A stretch of DNA of 64,000 bases from a virus (lineage: Duplodnaviria > Caudoviricetes): IMG/VR virus record IMGVR_UViG_2851924183_000002, positions 1 through 64,000 of that record. The stretch is one strand, 5' to 3'. The position numbers were made by a program, and so were the translations under genes. Positions 1 through 10,011 of this stretch are shown here, one piece after another. The stretch's first letter is position 1. Every line of letters starts with the position of its first letter. The notes under the pieces were generated by a model. It was not told the origin of the DNA. It ran no database searches and saw only the letters and a program-made list of their open reading frames with translations.

Positions 1-481
1 CTAAAACCCAGTGCACAACTCCCAAAATTCATCAATTTCTAAATCTGTTCTTTTCAACATATCCCGCATAACATCAATACTCGGGTCTGTACGAACAAAG
101 TTAGTCGCGTCTTTAAAACCGATCATTGTCAATTCACGTGTATATTCATCTTCAATGAGCATGATTTGAGCTTCAATGTCTGAAGATTTATATTCGTTTT
201 CGAGCAAGCCGCGCATGAATTGATAGCGTGTTAGTTTTGGATATTGTGAACGTTTGTATGCGATCTTTTCTTCTTCTGTTCTGCTATCTTCCCAATAGCC
301 ACTAACCCTCTCTACATCCCAAACCCATTGATTGTGCCATTGGGTGGGTTTTGGCGTTTCATGCTGCAGGATTTCTTTGTCAGTCATTAAGCGATATTCA
401 TTTAAATCAATCCAGTTCCCGACTATCACCATCACCAAAGTAGCGAACTTCAGATAAATCATTTTTAATATATTTTTGCAT
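1..481 (-). pseudogene. Tail fibre assembly-like protein, probably frameshifted near its 5' end
   Basis: ATG at 481 just after the fibre stop reads MQKYIKNDLSEVRYFGDG and then stops; the long frame (1..462) continues VIVGNWIDLNEYRLM. Confidence 0.5.
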
Positions 482-489
482 CTTAATAC

Positions 490-1227
490 TCATGAAAATT
501 CAATTGCTGTAATGCCGTTACCTGTGACTTTGTAATCTTCTCCAGGACCCACTGTAAAGCTACCAATGTACAAGTTTGAAGAATTTGTACTGAACAAAAC
601 ATGGGTTTCGATTGTTATAGATGCTGTGTTATTACTAGATCCACTCATTGAGACTGAAATTGTAATCGGCTTATTTTTTGTATTAGTGTATGTTGTACCT
701 GAAATAATAGTCGCTGGTTTTGAAGACTGAGATACTCCAAACATCTTATCGTTCAACTCTTTAGCTTGTGCAGCAGTTAAAGCTTGAGTAATGCTAGTGC
801 TTGTTAGTGTGTTATTTAACTGAACAACACCTTTTTGCGCTGTACTTGCATCTTTCAAATCGCTAGCTTCTAATTTTTTATCTTGTAGCTCTTTGACAGT
901 TCTTGCTGAAGCGACTTTTGTTGCATCATCCGTTGTTAAGTTGTCTATGATTTGATTTTTACGAATGAAATTAGTTTCGATTTCATCTGCTAAAGCTTCA
1001 AGATCAGCCTGCGTTGTTAAAAGATCGTATAACTGACGTTTTGATGCAGGATTAAGCGTAATGCCACGAAGTTCAAGTAAATTACAGAGTTCTTCTTGAA
1101 CAGTATTAAACCATTCAGGACTCACATAAGTCGCGTCTTGTCCTGGTAAATCAGCATTGTCATGAAAGCCGTTTTTACCAACACCAAACATGTTTTCACG
1201 AGAATTAATTGTGTCAATACGCTTCAT
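490..1227 (-). CDS. Tail fibre protein
   Basis: N-terminal anchor GKNGFHD...WFNTVQEEL; fibre repeats DASTAQKGVVQL; follows gp48. Confidence 0.85.
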   Translation of the reverse strand: MKRIDTINSRENMFGVGKNGFHDNADLPGQDATYVSPEWFNTVQEELCNLLELRGITLNPASKRQLYDLLTTQADLEALADEIETNFIRKNQIIDNLTTDDATKVASARTVKELQDKKLEASDLKDASTAQKGVVQLNNTLTSTSITQALTAAQAKELNDKMFGVSQSSKPATIISGTTYTNTKNKPITISVSMSGSSNNTASITIETHVLFSTNSSNLYIGSFTVGPGEDYKVTGNGITAIEFS

Positions 1228-1758
1228 TTAGACCTCAACCACATTTACTTCAAAAAATGCAGGGAAATAACTATTAATAATGCACTGCGTATCTACTGAA
1301 TTAGGATTAGATACAATCAATTTGATTTTAAAGCGCAACTGCTCTGTATTTACAGGCAAGTTGCAATTCTGAGTGCATTGAAACGGTTTGGGCTTGATGT
1401 AATCTATTAACTCAATGCCGTAAAAAGAAAAGAGTTCACGATAATATTCAAGACCACGTAATTTGGTTTGAACCCATTTCACGATACGTACACGCTCTTC
1501 AATTGGAAGAGATGTAGATAGCGTACATTTAAGTGGTAAACCAAAATCTACTTCATATTCTTCTATTAGCTCTGGTTGCACCATTGGAATGGTTTCCAAA
1601 AGTGCTTGAGCATCAATATCGGCTTGAGCCAATACTTTAGCGTGCCCTTGCATATCTTTTGCAATGTCTGTGTCTAACGCATTGTCATACAGACCTTGTG
1701 GTAATAATTGAAGTAATACATCAACGTATTTCTGAGTTCGCTGTTGAAGATCAATCAT
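1228..1758 (-). CDS. Baseplate protein, Mu gp48/YmfQ-like
   Basis: LLQLLPQG motif; ATG at 1758 overlaps the gp47 stop. Confidence 0.8.
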   Translation of the reverse strand: MIDLQQRTQKYVDVLLQLLPQGLYDNALDTDIAKDMQGHAKVLAQADIDAQALLETIPMVQPELIEEYEVDFGLPLKCTLSTSLPIEERVRIVKWVQTKLRGLEYYRELFSFYGIELIDYIKPKPFQCTQNCNLPVNTEQLRFKIKLIVSNPNSVDTQCIINSYFPAFFEVNVVEV

Positions 1759-2795
1759 GAATGAATAACCTCCAATTCGCCTAGTCGCAACCAGTACAGA
1801 TGTTGCCAAGTCACTTCAGGGATAATATTGGTATTTGGCGTTAGAACTGCGTCAGTTACACCACCTACAGCAATAATACGAGAGAGTAGGATTGCATATT
1901 GATAAGGATCAGAAGGGGCGAGTTCAGAAAAATAGTTTCTAATCACTTCTTTTACATCATCAATATTTCCGCCAGTTAAAAACACGTTAATGTCTACAAG
2001 TTGTGGAGTAGGGCTAAATACGCGGCAATCTGTTAAGTCACCAATATAAGCATCCATAATGACTTGAGTATCTTGCAGCAGTTCAGCAGATGGAACTGTT
2101 GGAGGCGTACCTTTTGCTGTAATCGCAACATCATATGAGCCTAAACCACGACGTTTAGGGTAGTGGTAAACGTGTTCAACATTACCTGAAGATTTCAGCA
2201 TGAATTCAACATCATCACGACGTTCTTTATATTCACCAAGGCGCTTTCGTTCGAGTAAACGTAAACGCCATACTTCAAGCTGTTCTTGATCTGTACCACC
2301 GCCGATGGAAATCACAGTTGCAGAACCATCTAAACCAGCTGGAGGACTAACCCAAAGCAAAGCACCTTCAGCAACATTCCAAGATGCGCCAGCTTGATCA
2401 GCAACAACACTCACAAGAGAATGAGTGTCTTGCTGTAAAATTACATCTTCAACAACAGTCCAGTAATAACCTTTACCATTGGTTAATTTACTACCTGCTG
2501 TAATTGTTAAAGCTTCGTTGGAAATCGCTCTAACTTGTCCAGATGCAAATGTACCACCTTGGCGAGGTAGTCCAATTTCTTCAGCATGAACATATAAGAA
2601 TGGTTCATCAGCAGTGGCTACAAAAAGTTGTTTTTGAATGTACTGTTGATGATGATATAAGCCTTCAACAACAGAGACTGTACCCGCAGCGCGAATACCA
2701 GCATCACTGTCATCGGTAATAGTTAATCCTGTTAATCCACGGATCTCTTGAACAATCGTTAAGTAAAGCTTGTTATATGATGGAATTGGGTACAT
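1755..2795 (-). CDS. Baseplate J-like protein (Mu gp47)
   Basis: GGTDQE..R.RLL and YPKRRGLGS motifs; synteny. Confidence 0.9.
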   Translation of the reverse strand: MYPIPSYNKLYLTIVQEIRGLTGLTITDDSDAGIRAAGTVSVVEGLYHHQQYIQKQLFVATADEPFLYVHAEEIGLPRQGGTFASGQVRAISNEALTITAGSKLTNGKGYYWTVVEDVILQQDTHSLVSVVADQAGASWNVAEGALLWVSPPAGLDGSATVISIGGGTDQEQLEVWRLRLLERKRLGEYKERRDDVEFMLKSSGNVEHVYHYPKRRGLGSYDVAITAKGTPPTVPSAELLQDTQVIMDAYIGDLTDCRVFSPTPQLVDINVFLTGGNIDDVKEVIRNYFSELAPSDPYQYAILLSRIIAVGGVTDAVLTPNTNIIPEVTWQHLYWLRLGELEVIHS

Positions 2796-2798
2796 GTA

Positions 2799-3161
2799 TT
2801 AACCTCCAACAGGTACAAAATATAAAATTTTGCCGATTTGCCCATTCAGGCGTGTTATTTCAATTAAAAGATCAATACGACCCACTTCACTGTTTTGTAC
2901 AGAAACATTGAGGTCTAAAAATCGCCCTGGTACTAAATCTTCAAGTGCTTCTTCAGCATATTGTTTTGCCAAAAGATGATTGCGTCTAACGTCCTTAGAA
3001 CGTTTGAGTAAATAGAGGCGACTACCTAAGTTAGGATTAGCCCAATACCGAAAACGCTCAATTTGAAGTCGATGAAGCACACATTGAATTTCATCTTGAG
3101 TAAATACATCATCAAGATTTTGAAGTTCATAATCTTTATTTTCTGAATGAATAACTGCCAT
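2799..3161 (-). CDS. Baseplate protein Mu gp46
   Basis: YWANPNLGSRLYLLKRSK...AKQYAEEAL motif; start at MAVIHS. Confidence 0.85.
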   Translation of the reverse strand: MAVIHSENKDYELQNLDDVFTQDEIQCVLHRLQIERFRYWANPNLGSRLYLLKRSKDVRRNHLLAKQYAEEALEDLVPGRFLDLNVSVQNSEVGRIDLLIEITRLNGQIGKILYFVPVGG

Positions 3162-3168
3162 GTGTGCC

Positions 3169-3696
3169 TCACATTTGATTCGATGGTGTGCCGCCACTAC
3201 TATGGCCTTCGTGGCCGTTATACGTATCACGCATGCTTTGCATTGAGCCACTTGAGTCAGATATTTGCCCAGCACTTTCAATGTTTTGTGTTGCAATTAC
3301 TTTGCCGTTAACTTTTAAGTTGCCTTCATCAACAATCAGATCACCGCCACCAACATGTGTACCATCAGCTTTTAGCCAAAGGGTATGTCCGTGTTGGTCA
3401 TAGACGCATGTTTCACCATTGCCAACAGTCACGTTAACAGCACCGTTAGATGTAGCAATGACAATAGATTTGGCTGTTTTACCGTGTAGGGGGATCACTA
3501 CAACTTTCGCATTTTTAGGGATGTATGATGCAAAGCCAACTTGTTGAACCAGTTCAACTTCTTGTAGCGTTTCATCTGCAAAGCCTGTTAACTGCAAAGC
3601 CTTAGCACCACCACGGGCAACAATACCCCAAAAAGCTTGTCTAACTTGACCAAGCCCTTTAGCAACTTGTGATTGAATTGCTCCAACAGTACTCAT
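3169..3696 (-). CDS. Baseplate spike, Mu gp45-like
   Basis: QQVGFAS, GETCVYD, C-terminal YNGHEGH metal-binding tip. Confidence 0.88.
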   Translation of the reverse strand: MSTVGAIQSQVAKGLGQVRQAFWGIVARGGAKALQLTGFADETLQEVELVQQVGFASYIPKNAKVVVIPLHGKTAKSIVIATSNGAVNVTVGNGETCVYDQHGHTLWLKADGTHVGGGDLIVDEGNLKVNGKVIATQNIESAGQISDSSGSMQSMRDTYNGHEGHSSGGTPSNQM

Positions 3697-4787
3697 GGTT
3701 TTTGTCCTTGATTACTAGATTTTTTCTTAGTTTTCTTAGTTGTCGATTTAGGCTTTTCTTTATGTTTTAACGGCTGTGCCCAATCGCCCTGGCGATGTAA
3801 CTTAAGAGCAGTCTTTTTACCGTTAGAACGAGACAGGGTGAGTGTTCGACCATATACAGCCCATTTCGCAGTCGCTCGATTTAAACGATCTGTTTCAAAG
3901 TTTAAATACATGCCTGTTGCCCATGTTTTTTGGTCAACATCCCAACCTTTTACATTTATGTTGAGTGCATAGGCCTGTAAATTATTATCCTTTTTGACTT
4001 TATCTAAAGCGGCATCAGCTTCTGCTTTTGTTTCAGCATCAGCTAATGTAATGAGTTTTAAACGGTTATAACTGAACTGAGTGTCGACTTTTACAGAGGA
4101 AATAATATGTTGTGCTTTCGAGTCCTGGCTTAGTAACCGAATATCTGAATAAACATTAGAAATGTCTTCGTCATAACTAGCATCGAGCACATTATTTTCA
4201 GAACCTTCGCGATACAGTTTTAACGATTCCTGCACCTGATAGGGGGAGGCGAATGGATCTCCTACTTGAATTGTGCCATCAGGGTCCAACCAAACATGTT
4301 GACCTGTCACCATTGCTGCTTTAGCAATCGCATCCCATAAAGATTCACCAGGCTCAACTGAAATTTTGTTTTTTAGCCAAGCATCATTTTGGATTTTAAC
4401 TTTATTGAATAAAGACTTTAATTCACCCTCTAGGACATACTTATTCAGCAACACATCAAGGTTAACTTGGCGGCCATTAAAAATAGGGACGGAACAATCA
4501 ATAAGCTGACCAACTAAGTCACGACCTGAAATTTTTAAACCGTATCCTGAACGGTCACAAGCTTCATTCACAGCATCAGCTACGCTGGTTAAAATGAGTT
4601 CATCACCATAAAAAGCTTGAACTTTTGCACCTGCTTTCACTGAATCAGGGAGGGTTAAATCTTCCTCACTAAATAGCGCAAAACTCCAGCTCTCAGCTGG
4701 CGTATCAATCGCAGAATCAATAGAGATACTATCCCAAGTTTTAATTTCAACATCGCCAATAATTAAGCGTATTTCTTTATCTTGCAT
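3693..4787 (-). CDS. Baseplate hub, Mu gpP/gp44-like
   Basis: ISGRDLVGQLIDCS and VEPGESLWD motifs. Confidence 0.88.
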   Translation of the reverse strand: MQDKEIRLIIGDVEIKTWDSISIDSAIDTPAESWSFALFSEEDLTLPDSVKAGAKVQAFYGDELILTSVADAVNEACDRSGYGLKISGRDLVGQLIDCSVPIFNGRQVNLDVLLNKYVLEGELKSLFNKVKIQNDAWLKNKISVEPGESLWDAIAKAAMVTGQHVWLDPDGTIQVGDPFASPYQVQESLKLYREGSENNVLDASYDEDISNVYSDIRLLSQDSKAQHIISSVKVDTQFSYNRLKLITLADAETKAEADAALDKVKKDNNLQAYALNINVKGWDVDQKTWATGMYLNFETDRLNRATAKWAVYGRTLTLSRSNGKKTALKLHRQGDWAQPLKHKEKPKSTTKKTKKKSSNQGQKP

Positions 4788-5170
4788 AAACAGATACCTC
4801 CATACCTTTTTCTAAAAGCGAGAGGTTTTGAATTAAAGGATTTAAACGTCGAATTTCAGCAGCACGACTCATATCGTCATATAAATAATGCGATAACCAA
4901 TGCATAGTGCAGGGCACTAATATTGTGGTTTTAGTCAGATTAGGGCGCACATCAATGAGTGCTTGAATCTGAAGATGAACTTGATCAGCTAAAGCTTTGT
5001 ACTCTTTGACTTGAGCAATTGCCTCCATGCTGTTGATTTTTGACCGTTCATAAGTAATTGATTCATTAATCGTGTTACGGTTTTGTTGGCGGATAACTGC
5101 CAAATCATCAGGCGTTAGACTGGTCTCTTTGATGTAGCCATTGCTGCTAGTTCCTTTGTTTTCAACTAGG

Positions 5171-6172
5171 TGTTTAGTCCCAGATTTTAATGGTGCAATA
5201 TTCTCAGATAAATGGAAGGAAGCACTATGGGACAAGTTCTACACAGCAGCGCCACAACGACACAGGCAGTGCGTCGAGCAATACAAAATAGTCAAGAGAG
5301 CTTAAGAACGCTAGCCAAGCGTTACGGCATCAATCAAAAGACCGTCGCAAAATGGAAGAAACGTACTTCAGTAGATGATCTTACAACCGGCCCAAAGAAT
5401 CCTCGCTCAAGCGTGTTATCGCCTGAAGATGAGGCGGCAATTGTTGCTTTTCGAAAACGCACTTTGTTGCCGCTAGACGATTGCCTTTATGCATTGCAGC
5501 CGAGTATTCCTTATCTGACACGCTCGTCGTTACACCGCTGCTTACAGCGGCATGGTATTTCACGACTGCCTGAGGTACAAGGTGATCGCCCTGTCAGGAA
5601 GCGCTTCAAGAGCTACCCCATTGGTTACTTTCATATCGACATCGCTGAGATGCAAACAGCACAGGGTAAGCTTTATCTCTTCGTTGCCATTGATCGCACT
5701 TCCAAGTTTGCGTTCACTGAATTGCATACTAAAGCCAGTAAGATGGCAGCCGCGGAGTTCATGCGCAATCTGGTTAAGGCTGTGCCCTATAGAATCCATA
5801 CGGTGCTAACAGATAACGGCATCCAGTTCACGAACCGCACCTGTGATCGCTACGCCTCTGAGCACATCTTTGATCGGGTTTGTACTGAATGTGGCATTGA
5901 ACATCGTCTTACCAAGGTTAAGCATCCATGGACCAATGGACAGGTCGAGAGGATGAACCGAACGATTAAAGAAGCTACTGTCAAACGGTTCCATTACGAC
6001 GATCACACTCAGCTATGCATTCACCTTGCTGATTTTATTGCTGCATACAACTTCGGCCGCAGACTCAAAACACTCAGGGGCCTGACTCCCTACGAATTCA
6101 TCTGCAAACAGTGGACAGATGAACCTGAACTTTTTAAAATTGATCCGATCCATCAAATGCCGGGACTAAACA
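5171..6172 (+). mobile_element. IS481-family insertion sequence
   Basis: Terminal inverted repeats TGTTTAGTCCC (5171) / GGGACTAAACA (ends 6172); ACTAG on both flanks; higher GC than the phage. Confidence 0.93.
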
Positions 6173-6177
6173 ACTAG
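5227..6177 (+). CDS. IS481-family DDE transposase
   Basis: MGQVLHSSATTT start, HTH, FHIDIAE / VLTDNG / PWTNGQVERMNRTIKE motifs; stop TAG lies in the target site. Confidence 0.95.
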   Translation: MGQVLHSSATTTQAVRRAIQNSQESLRTLAKRYGINQKTVAKWKKRTSVDDLTTGPKNPRSSVLSPEDEAAIVAFRKRTLLPLDDCLYALQPSIPYLTRSSLHRCLQRHGISRLPEVQGDRPVRKRFKSYPIGYFHIDIAEMQTAQGKLYLFVAIDRTSKFAFTELHTKASKMAAAEFMRNLVKAVPYRIHTVLTDNGIQFTNRTCDRYASEHIFDRVCTECGIEHRLTKVKHPWTNGQVERMNRTIKEATVKRFHYDDHTQLCIHLADFIAAYNFGRRLKTLRGLTPYEFICKQWTDEPELFKIDPIHQMPGLNN

Positions 6178-7051
6178 CTCACGTTGAGTATTATTGATGA
6201 CACTTTGAGTCACAGCGATAGATGCAACCGTGTCTAATGTTTTTGCTAGATCGTTTAATTCAGCAGGCGTATCTTCATCATCAGATTTAAAAAAAGAGCT
6301 AATATTTTTTGTGCGATTATTTAAGTCTCGCCATTTTGAAATAGCAGAAATATTTGTATCGAAGGTTAAAATATTAGTAATATCATCAATTAAGCCAACA
6401 GACCATGCACTTGGCGACAAGATATTTTCAATAAAGCCTTTCCCAATGCCCATGTATTTATAGACGTTCTGTAAGCCTGTACGAATGCTATTGATTGCAG
6501 AGATATATTTATTATTGTCTAAGACTTTGAGCTTTTCTAACGCTAAATCTAACGCAGATGCAGGGTTCTTTAAGACTGATTCAATATTAATACCATCTAT
6601 TAATTCAGCATCTAAAAATACTTCTTTCTTATCAGCTTTTGCTTTAATGAATTCAATTGAAATCATGCAACTGTCGTAGCTTTGTTCATCGTGATGAACA
6701 GTGTGGCTAACAACTTGAACATTCAATATTCCAAAAATTGGATGTACTAATTCACCAGCACCACGTTCATTTAATGCAGCTTCTAATTTGTGGTAATCGG
6801 CAAGATATGTTTCACCAGCAAAGACTGCTTGAATCGAAACTTTACGAGGATCATTCCCCATATCTTCAATTTCAGCATCATCTGAATAAGGGGATTGATG
6901 GATTGCTAAAGTTTTTGAATGCACATCATCGGTGCTAATACACTCGAAAGGTACACCTCTAAAACTTGCATCTTGTAATTCAGTTTCCCAACTCATAAAA
7001 AACCCCACTATTGTGAGGTTATTATTTACTGGACTATGAATAAAAACAGTT

Positions 7052-7063
7052 GGAATAATTTCC
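7052..7063 (-). promoter_or_regulatory. Late-activator (Mor/C-type) box GGAA-N4-TTCC upstream of gpN
   Basis: One of six copies, each 56-61 bp upstream of a late gene ATG. Confidence 0.7.
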
Positions 7064-7134
7064 CTAATTTCTACTATTTAGAATAAAAAAATGTTAATAA
7101 TTTGAATGCTATTTCGGCAAAAATAATAGATTAA

Positions 7135-7437
7135 TTGATGAGGGATATTACTTTGAGTAAATATAAAATTGCTCACTTAAGAGAGCAGGGGCAAAATATG
7201 ATTATCATTCCTTTAGATGATAATTTTGAGCACAAAACAAGTAGTGAACAATCTGCCATTGTCGACTCTTTGCAAAGATGTGCTTCAAGCGCTGGTTTAG
7301 CTGGTACAGTCGCTCCAGTTTGGTTGCATGGTCATCAGATGAAATTTATCGCACCGCGACCATGGCATCCATTTTTTAGATCACTTACTTGGAATAATGT
7401 TCTTCAAAACTTAAATAAAGAACTTACTTGTGGCTAA
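7135..7437 (+). CDS. Hypothetical accessory protein, opposite strand to the tail operon
   Basis: About 100 aa ORF with AT-rich upstream region and a downstream hairpin. Confidence 0.7.
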   Translation: MMRDITLSKYKIAHLREQGQNMIIIPLDDNFEHKTSSEQSAIVDSLQRCASSAGLAGTVAPVWLHGHQMKFIAPRPWHPFFRSLTWNNVLQNLNKELTCG

Positions 7438-7603
7438 GTAATTCTTGGATCTGTAAAAGCGCAAGCTCTAATTGCGCTTTTACATCTAGCATTACTTCTT
7501 GATCCAACGAATTTACACCGCCATTTCGGCCTTCTATGTCAAATCTTGAGAATACAACCTCTCCATCTACTTCCACGATTAAACGACTGGTTTTTACTGT
7601 CAT
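7424..7603 (-). CDS. 59-aa hypothetical late protein (not in the ORF track)
   Basis: MTVKTSRLIVEVDGEVVFSRFD...LLSHK; AGGT SD; late box 61 bp upstream. Confidence 0.65.
   Translation of the reverse strand: MTVKTSRLIVEVDGEVVFSRFDIEGRNGGVNSLDQEVMLDVKAQLELALLQIQELLSHK
7452..7484 (+). terminator. 13-bp stem hairpin after 7135..7437
   Basis: TGTAAAAGCGCAA-N7-TTGCGCTTTTACA. Confidence 0.55.
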
Positions 7604-7663
7604 TACCTGATTCCAAAAATATTCGAAATTTCATCTTAAGAGAAAAATTATAAAATTTAAGGG

Positions 7664-7675
7664 GGAATAATTTCC
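7664..7675 (-). promoter_or_regulatory. Late-activator box GGAATAATTTCC
   Basis: Identical to the 7052 copy; 61 bp upstream of the ATG at 7603. Confidence 0.65.
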
Positions 7676-7685
7676 TAATCTAACG

Positions 7686-9782
7686 CTATGGCCTTGCCAG
7701 TAAATAAGGGGGGACTGCTCCGTGACGTTTCTCTTCTTTGCCACCGCCCAGTATGGATTGTTGAAGCGATCCTCCTGGGAAGTTAATGATAGGCTTATTG
7801 TTTTGAGTAACACCAATTAGCGTTTTTATACTGCTAATAAGCTCTCTGCTGTATTGATTGTTTTGTTCTTGTTTAGCAATCATTTCATTATTTTTTTGAG
7901 TCTGCTGTTCAAGGCTTTTATCAATAGCTTGTTGCAAATAGTCTGGACGATCACCAGAACCACCAAAAAACTTATCAATTTTACTATATAGGTAATCATC
8001 AATAGGTTTGTAAAGTTCATAACCAGCATACGCAACCGCTGCTGCACCAGCAGTTTTAGCAACAGGTGCCGCAGCTTTAGTAACAGCCCCACCAACTTTA
8101 GATACAACCCCTCCATCTTTACCGCCTGACAAAACAGTACTAACAGCACCAGCAGCAGCCACAGCAGCTAAAGCTGTAGCAGCAGCATAAGCAGATGCTG
8201 CAAGCCCTTCATTTTCTCTCGCTACATCTGTAACTTTATCCTTGAAATCACCTAATGAGTCTGAAATCGCATCATATGCTTTAGACTGAGCAAAGAGCTT
8301 TTCTTGATTCATTGCTTGGTCTTTTGCCCAATCATTTTGGCTGACCATGTCATATTCACTTGCAACAGTACCACCAGCATTAGGTAAATCATTTTTGATT
8401 TTTGCTAAATCATCTTTTTTATAATAAACCGCCAGTGCCGCCATCAATGCTTGGCGATCTGCTAAAAACTCACCTAATTGACTACCAGAAGCGATATTGC
8501 TCATATCCTCAAGGAGAGATTTTTTCTCTTCATCATTTGTAGAAGCAGAAAGCCTTTTTTGTAAATTTTGATATTCAGAATTTCCAGCAAGCTGGCGCTC
8601 AAGTAACTTTACAAAAGCATCAACACCATAAACACCTTTTTCACGTTCAGCAATTGAGTAGGTTGTCCAATCAAACTCTTGACCAACAACTTTCCCTTTT
8701 TTATTTTTAACAGCTTTGGTTGGTAACCCATCAGTATTCTCTACTGCATCAGCTACAGCTTTTGAAAAATCCCTACTGCTCAGCTTAGCTAAAAGATTGA
8801 CCAGATTATTACCGCCTTCATCTGTTGTTGATGCAGTAGACATCGCAACTTGATTCATCGCAACCAATTCGACAAAACCTTTTTCACCAGAATAACCTGC
8901 CGCTTTTGCAGCTGCCATTTGCTGTGCTAGCCATTTTGCTTGGTCTTTATATTCAAAACTACCAAGCTGTGCACCACGAACAGCAATATCATGGCCTTTT
9001 TGTATATCAGTCATCCCAAAATCCTGCATACGCACCGTTAAGGTTGCAGCATCTTTTGCAGCAGCATCTGTTGAAAAGGCAGTTTTTACAGCTGCATTAA
9101 GTGCAGGAGCAACAGTATTTAAGTCATATTTCCCTGAAGCAATTAAAGCATTTGCTGCCTCAGCTGCATCTTCTCGTGAGCCACCTCCATTACGGACGGC
9201 TGTTTTAATATAGTTATTTAGCGTTTCTTTGCTTTTAAGACGCTCAGCTGTAGATAGTCCTTGACCACCAGTTGCTGTAGCGGTGATATAGGTCAGTTGT
9301 TGGTCATAATCACGAGGCTTTTGCATTGCGTTAGAAACAACAGCTCCAGCAGCAAGTACACCACCACCAATAGCAACAGCCTTTTGCCAATTTGAAATCG
9401 TACTTTTGGATTCTTGTGTTGTGATACGACTGGATTGCTCAACACGCTTCATCCAATCAGCCATATTTTTTGCAGATGCAGCTTGTGTTTTTAATTGCTG
9501 TGATTGCAGTTTTGTCTGAATAGATTGTTGACGCAGAACCCCCTCAAGCATTTTGTTGGTTCGTAGGAGTTGGTCTCCAGCACGCGCTGTACTCACTACA
9601 GCCTGACTACCAACCTTAGCTGTTTGTGTAAACTTGGCTTGAGCTGTTTGGATTTGAGTCCATTGCTGGTTTATTTTTGTAGTTGAACGCACTTGGTCAT
9701 CAGAAATACGCTTCAACTCTTGACTAGCAGCTTGCCCTTTGACTTGAAGCGTTAGCGAGACCGTCGTATTTCCATTAGACAT
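7686..9782 (-). CDS. Tail tape measure protein
   Basis: 698 aa, Ala-rich and helical; GSFEYKDQAKWL core; position. Confidence 0.9.
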   Translation of the reverse strand: MSNGNTTVSLTLQVKGQAASQELKRISDDQVRSTTKINQQWTQIQTAQAKFTQTAKVGSQAVVSTARAGDQLLRTNKMLEGVLRQQSIQTKLQSQQLKTQAASAKNMADWMKRVEQSSRITTQESKSTISNWQKAVAIGGGVLAAGAVVSNAMQKPRDYDQQLTYITATATGGQGLSTAERLKSKETLNNYIKTAVRNGGGSREDAAEAANALIASGKYDLNTVAPALNAAVKTAFSTDAAAKDAATLTVRMQDFGMTDIQKGHDIAVRGAQLGSFEYKDQAKWLAQQMAAAKAAGYSGEKGFVELVAMNQVAMSTASTTDEGGNNLVNLLAKLSSRDFSKAVADAVENTDGLPTKAVKNKKGKVVGQEFDWTTYSIAEREKGVYGVDAFVKLLERQLAGNSEYQNLQKRLSASTNDEEKKSLLEDMSNIASGSQLGEFLADRQALMAALAVYYKKDDLAKIKNDLPNAGGTVASEYDMVSQNDWAKDQAMNQEKLFAQSKAYDAISDSLGDFKDKVTDVARENEGLAASAYAAATALAAVAAAGAVSTVLSGGKDGGVVSKVGGAVTKAAAPVAKTAGAAAVAYAGYELYKPIDDYLYSKIDKFFGGSGDRPDYLQQAIDKSLEQQTQKNNEMIAKQEQNNQYSRELISSIKTLIGVTQNNKPIINFPGGSLQQSILGGGKEEKRHGAVPPYLLARP

Positions 9783-9784
9783 GA

Positions 9785-9982
9785 TTATTTACCTGCGTGT
9801 CTTCGAACTGTAGAAACATACTTCACACTATTCGACTGGTTTGTATTTCTAGGGGCTGAAATAGCGTTAGATTCTTTTATTGGCTTTTGATGAGTATTAT
9901 CTAGCCGCTCATCACTAAGCAGAGCCATCGCTAAATGTAATGGCGTCTGCAAAGCATCTGCATAAGGAATCCCAATATGCAT
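9785..9982 (-). CDS. Tail assembly chaperone frameshift extension (GT-like)
   Basis: Open in the -1 frame upstream into the chaperone 3' end. Confidence 0.5.
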   Translation of the reverse strand: MHIGIPYADALQTPLHLAMALLSDERLDNTHQKPIKESNAISAPRNTNQSNSVKYVSTVRRHAGK

Positions 9983-10011
9983 AAGAGCACGAATTATCCG
10001 TGCTCTTAGCT

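Larger units (their letters stand above)
4777..6996 (-). pseudogene. Mu gpN DNA circularization protein, interrupted by IS481
   Basis: N-terminus MSWETELQDASFRGVPF; C-terminus RAAEIRRLNP; removing the IS restores the frame ...QRELVENKGTS... Confidence 0.92.

Noticed and set aside
4777-5235. Independent 152-aa gene
   Set aside because: Its N-terminus is read from IS sequence; the rest is the gpN C-terminal fragment.
7631-7816. 61-aa ORF
   Set aside because: Alternative frame of the tape measure 3' end running over a regulatory box.
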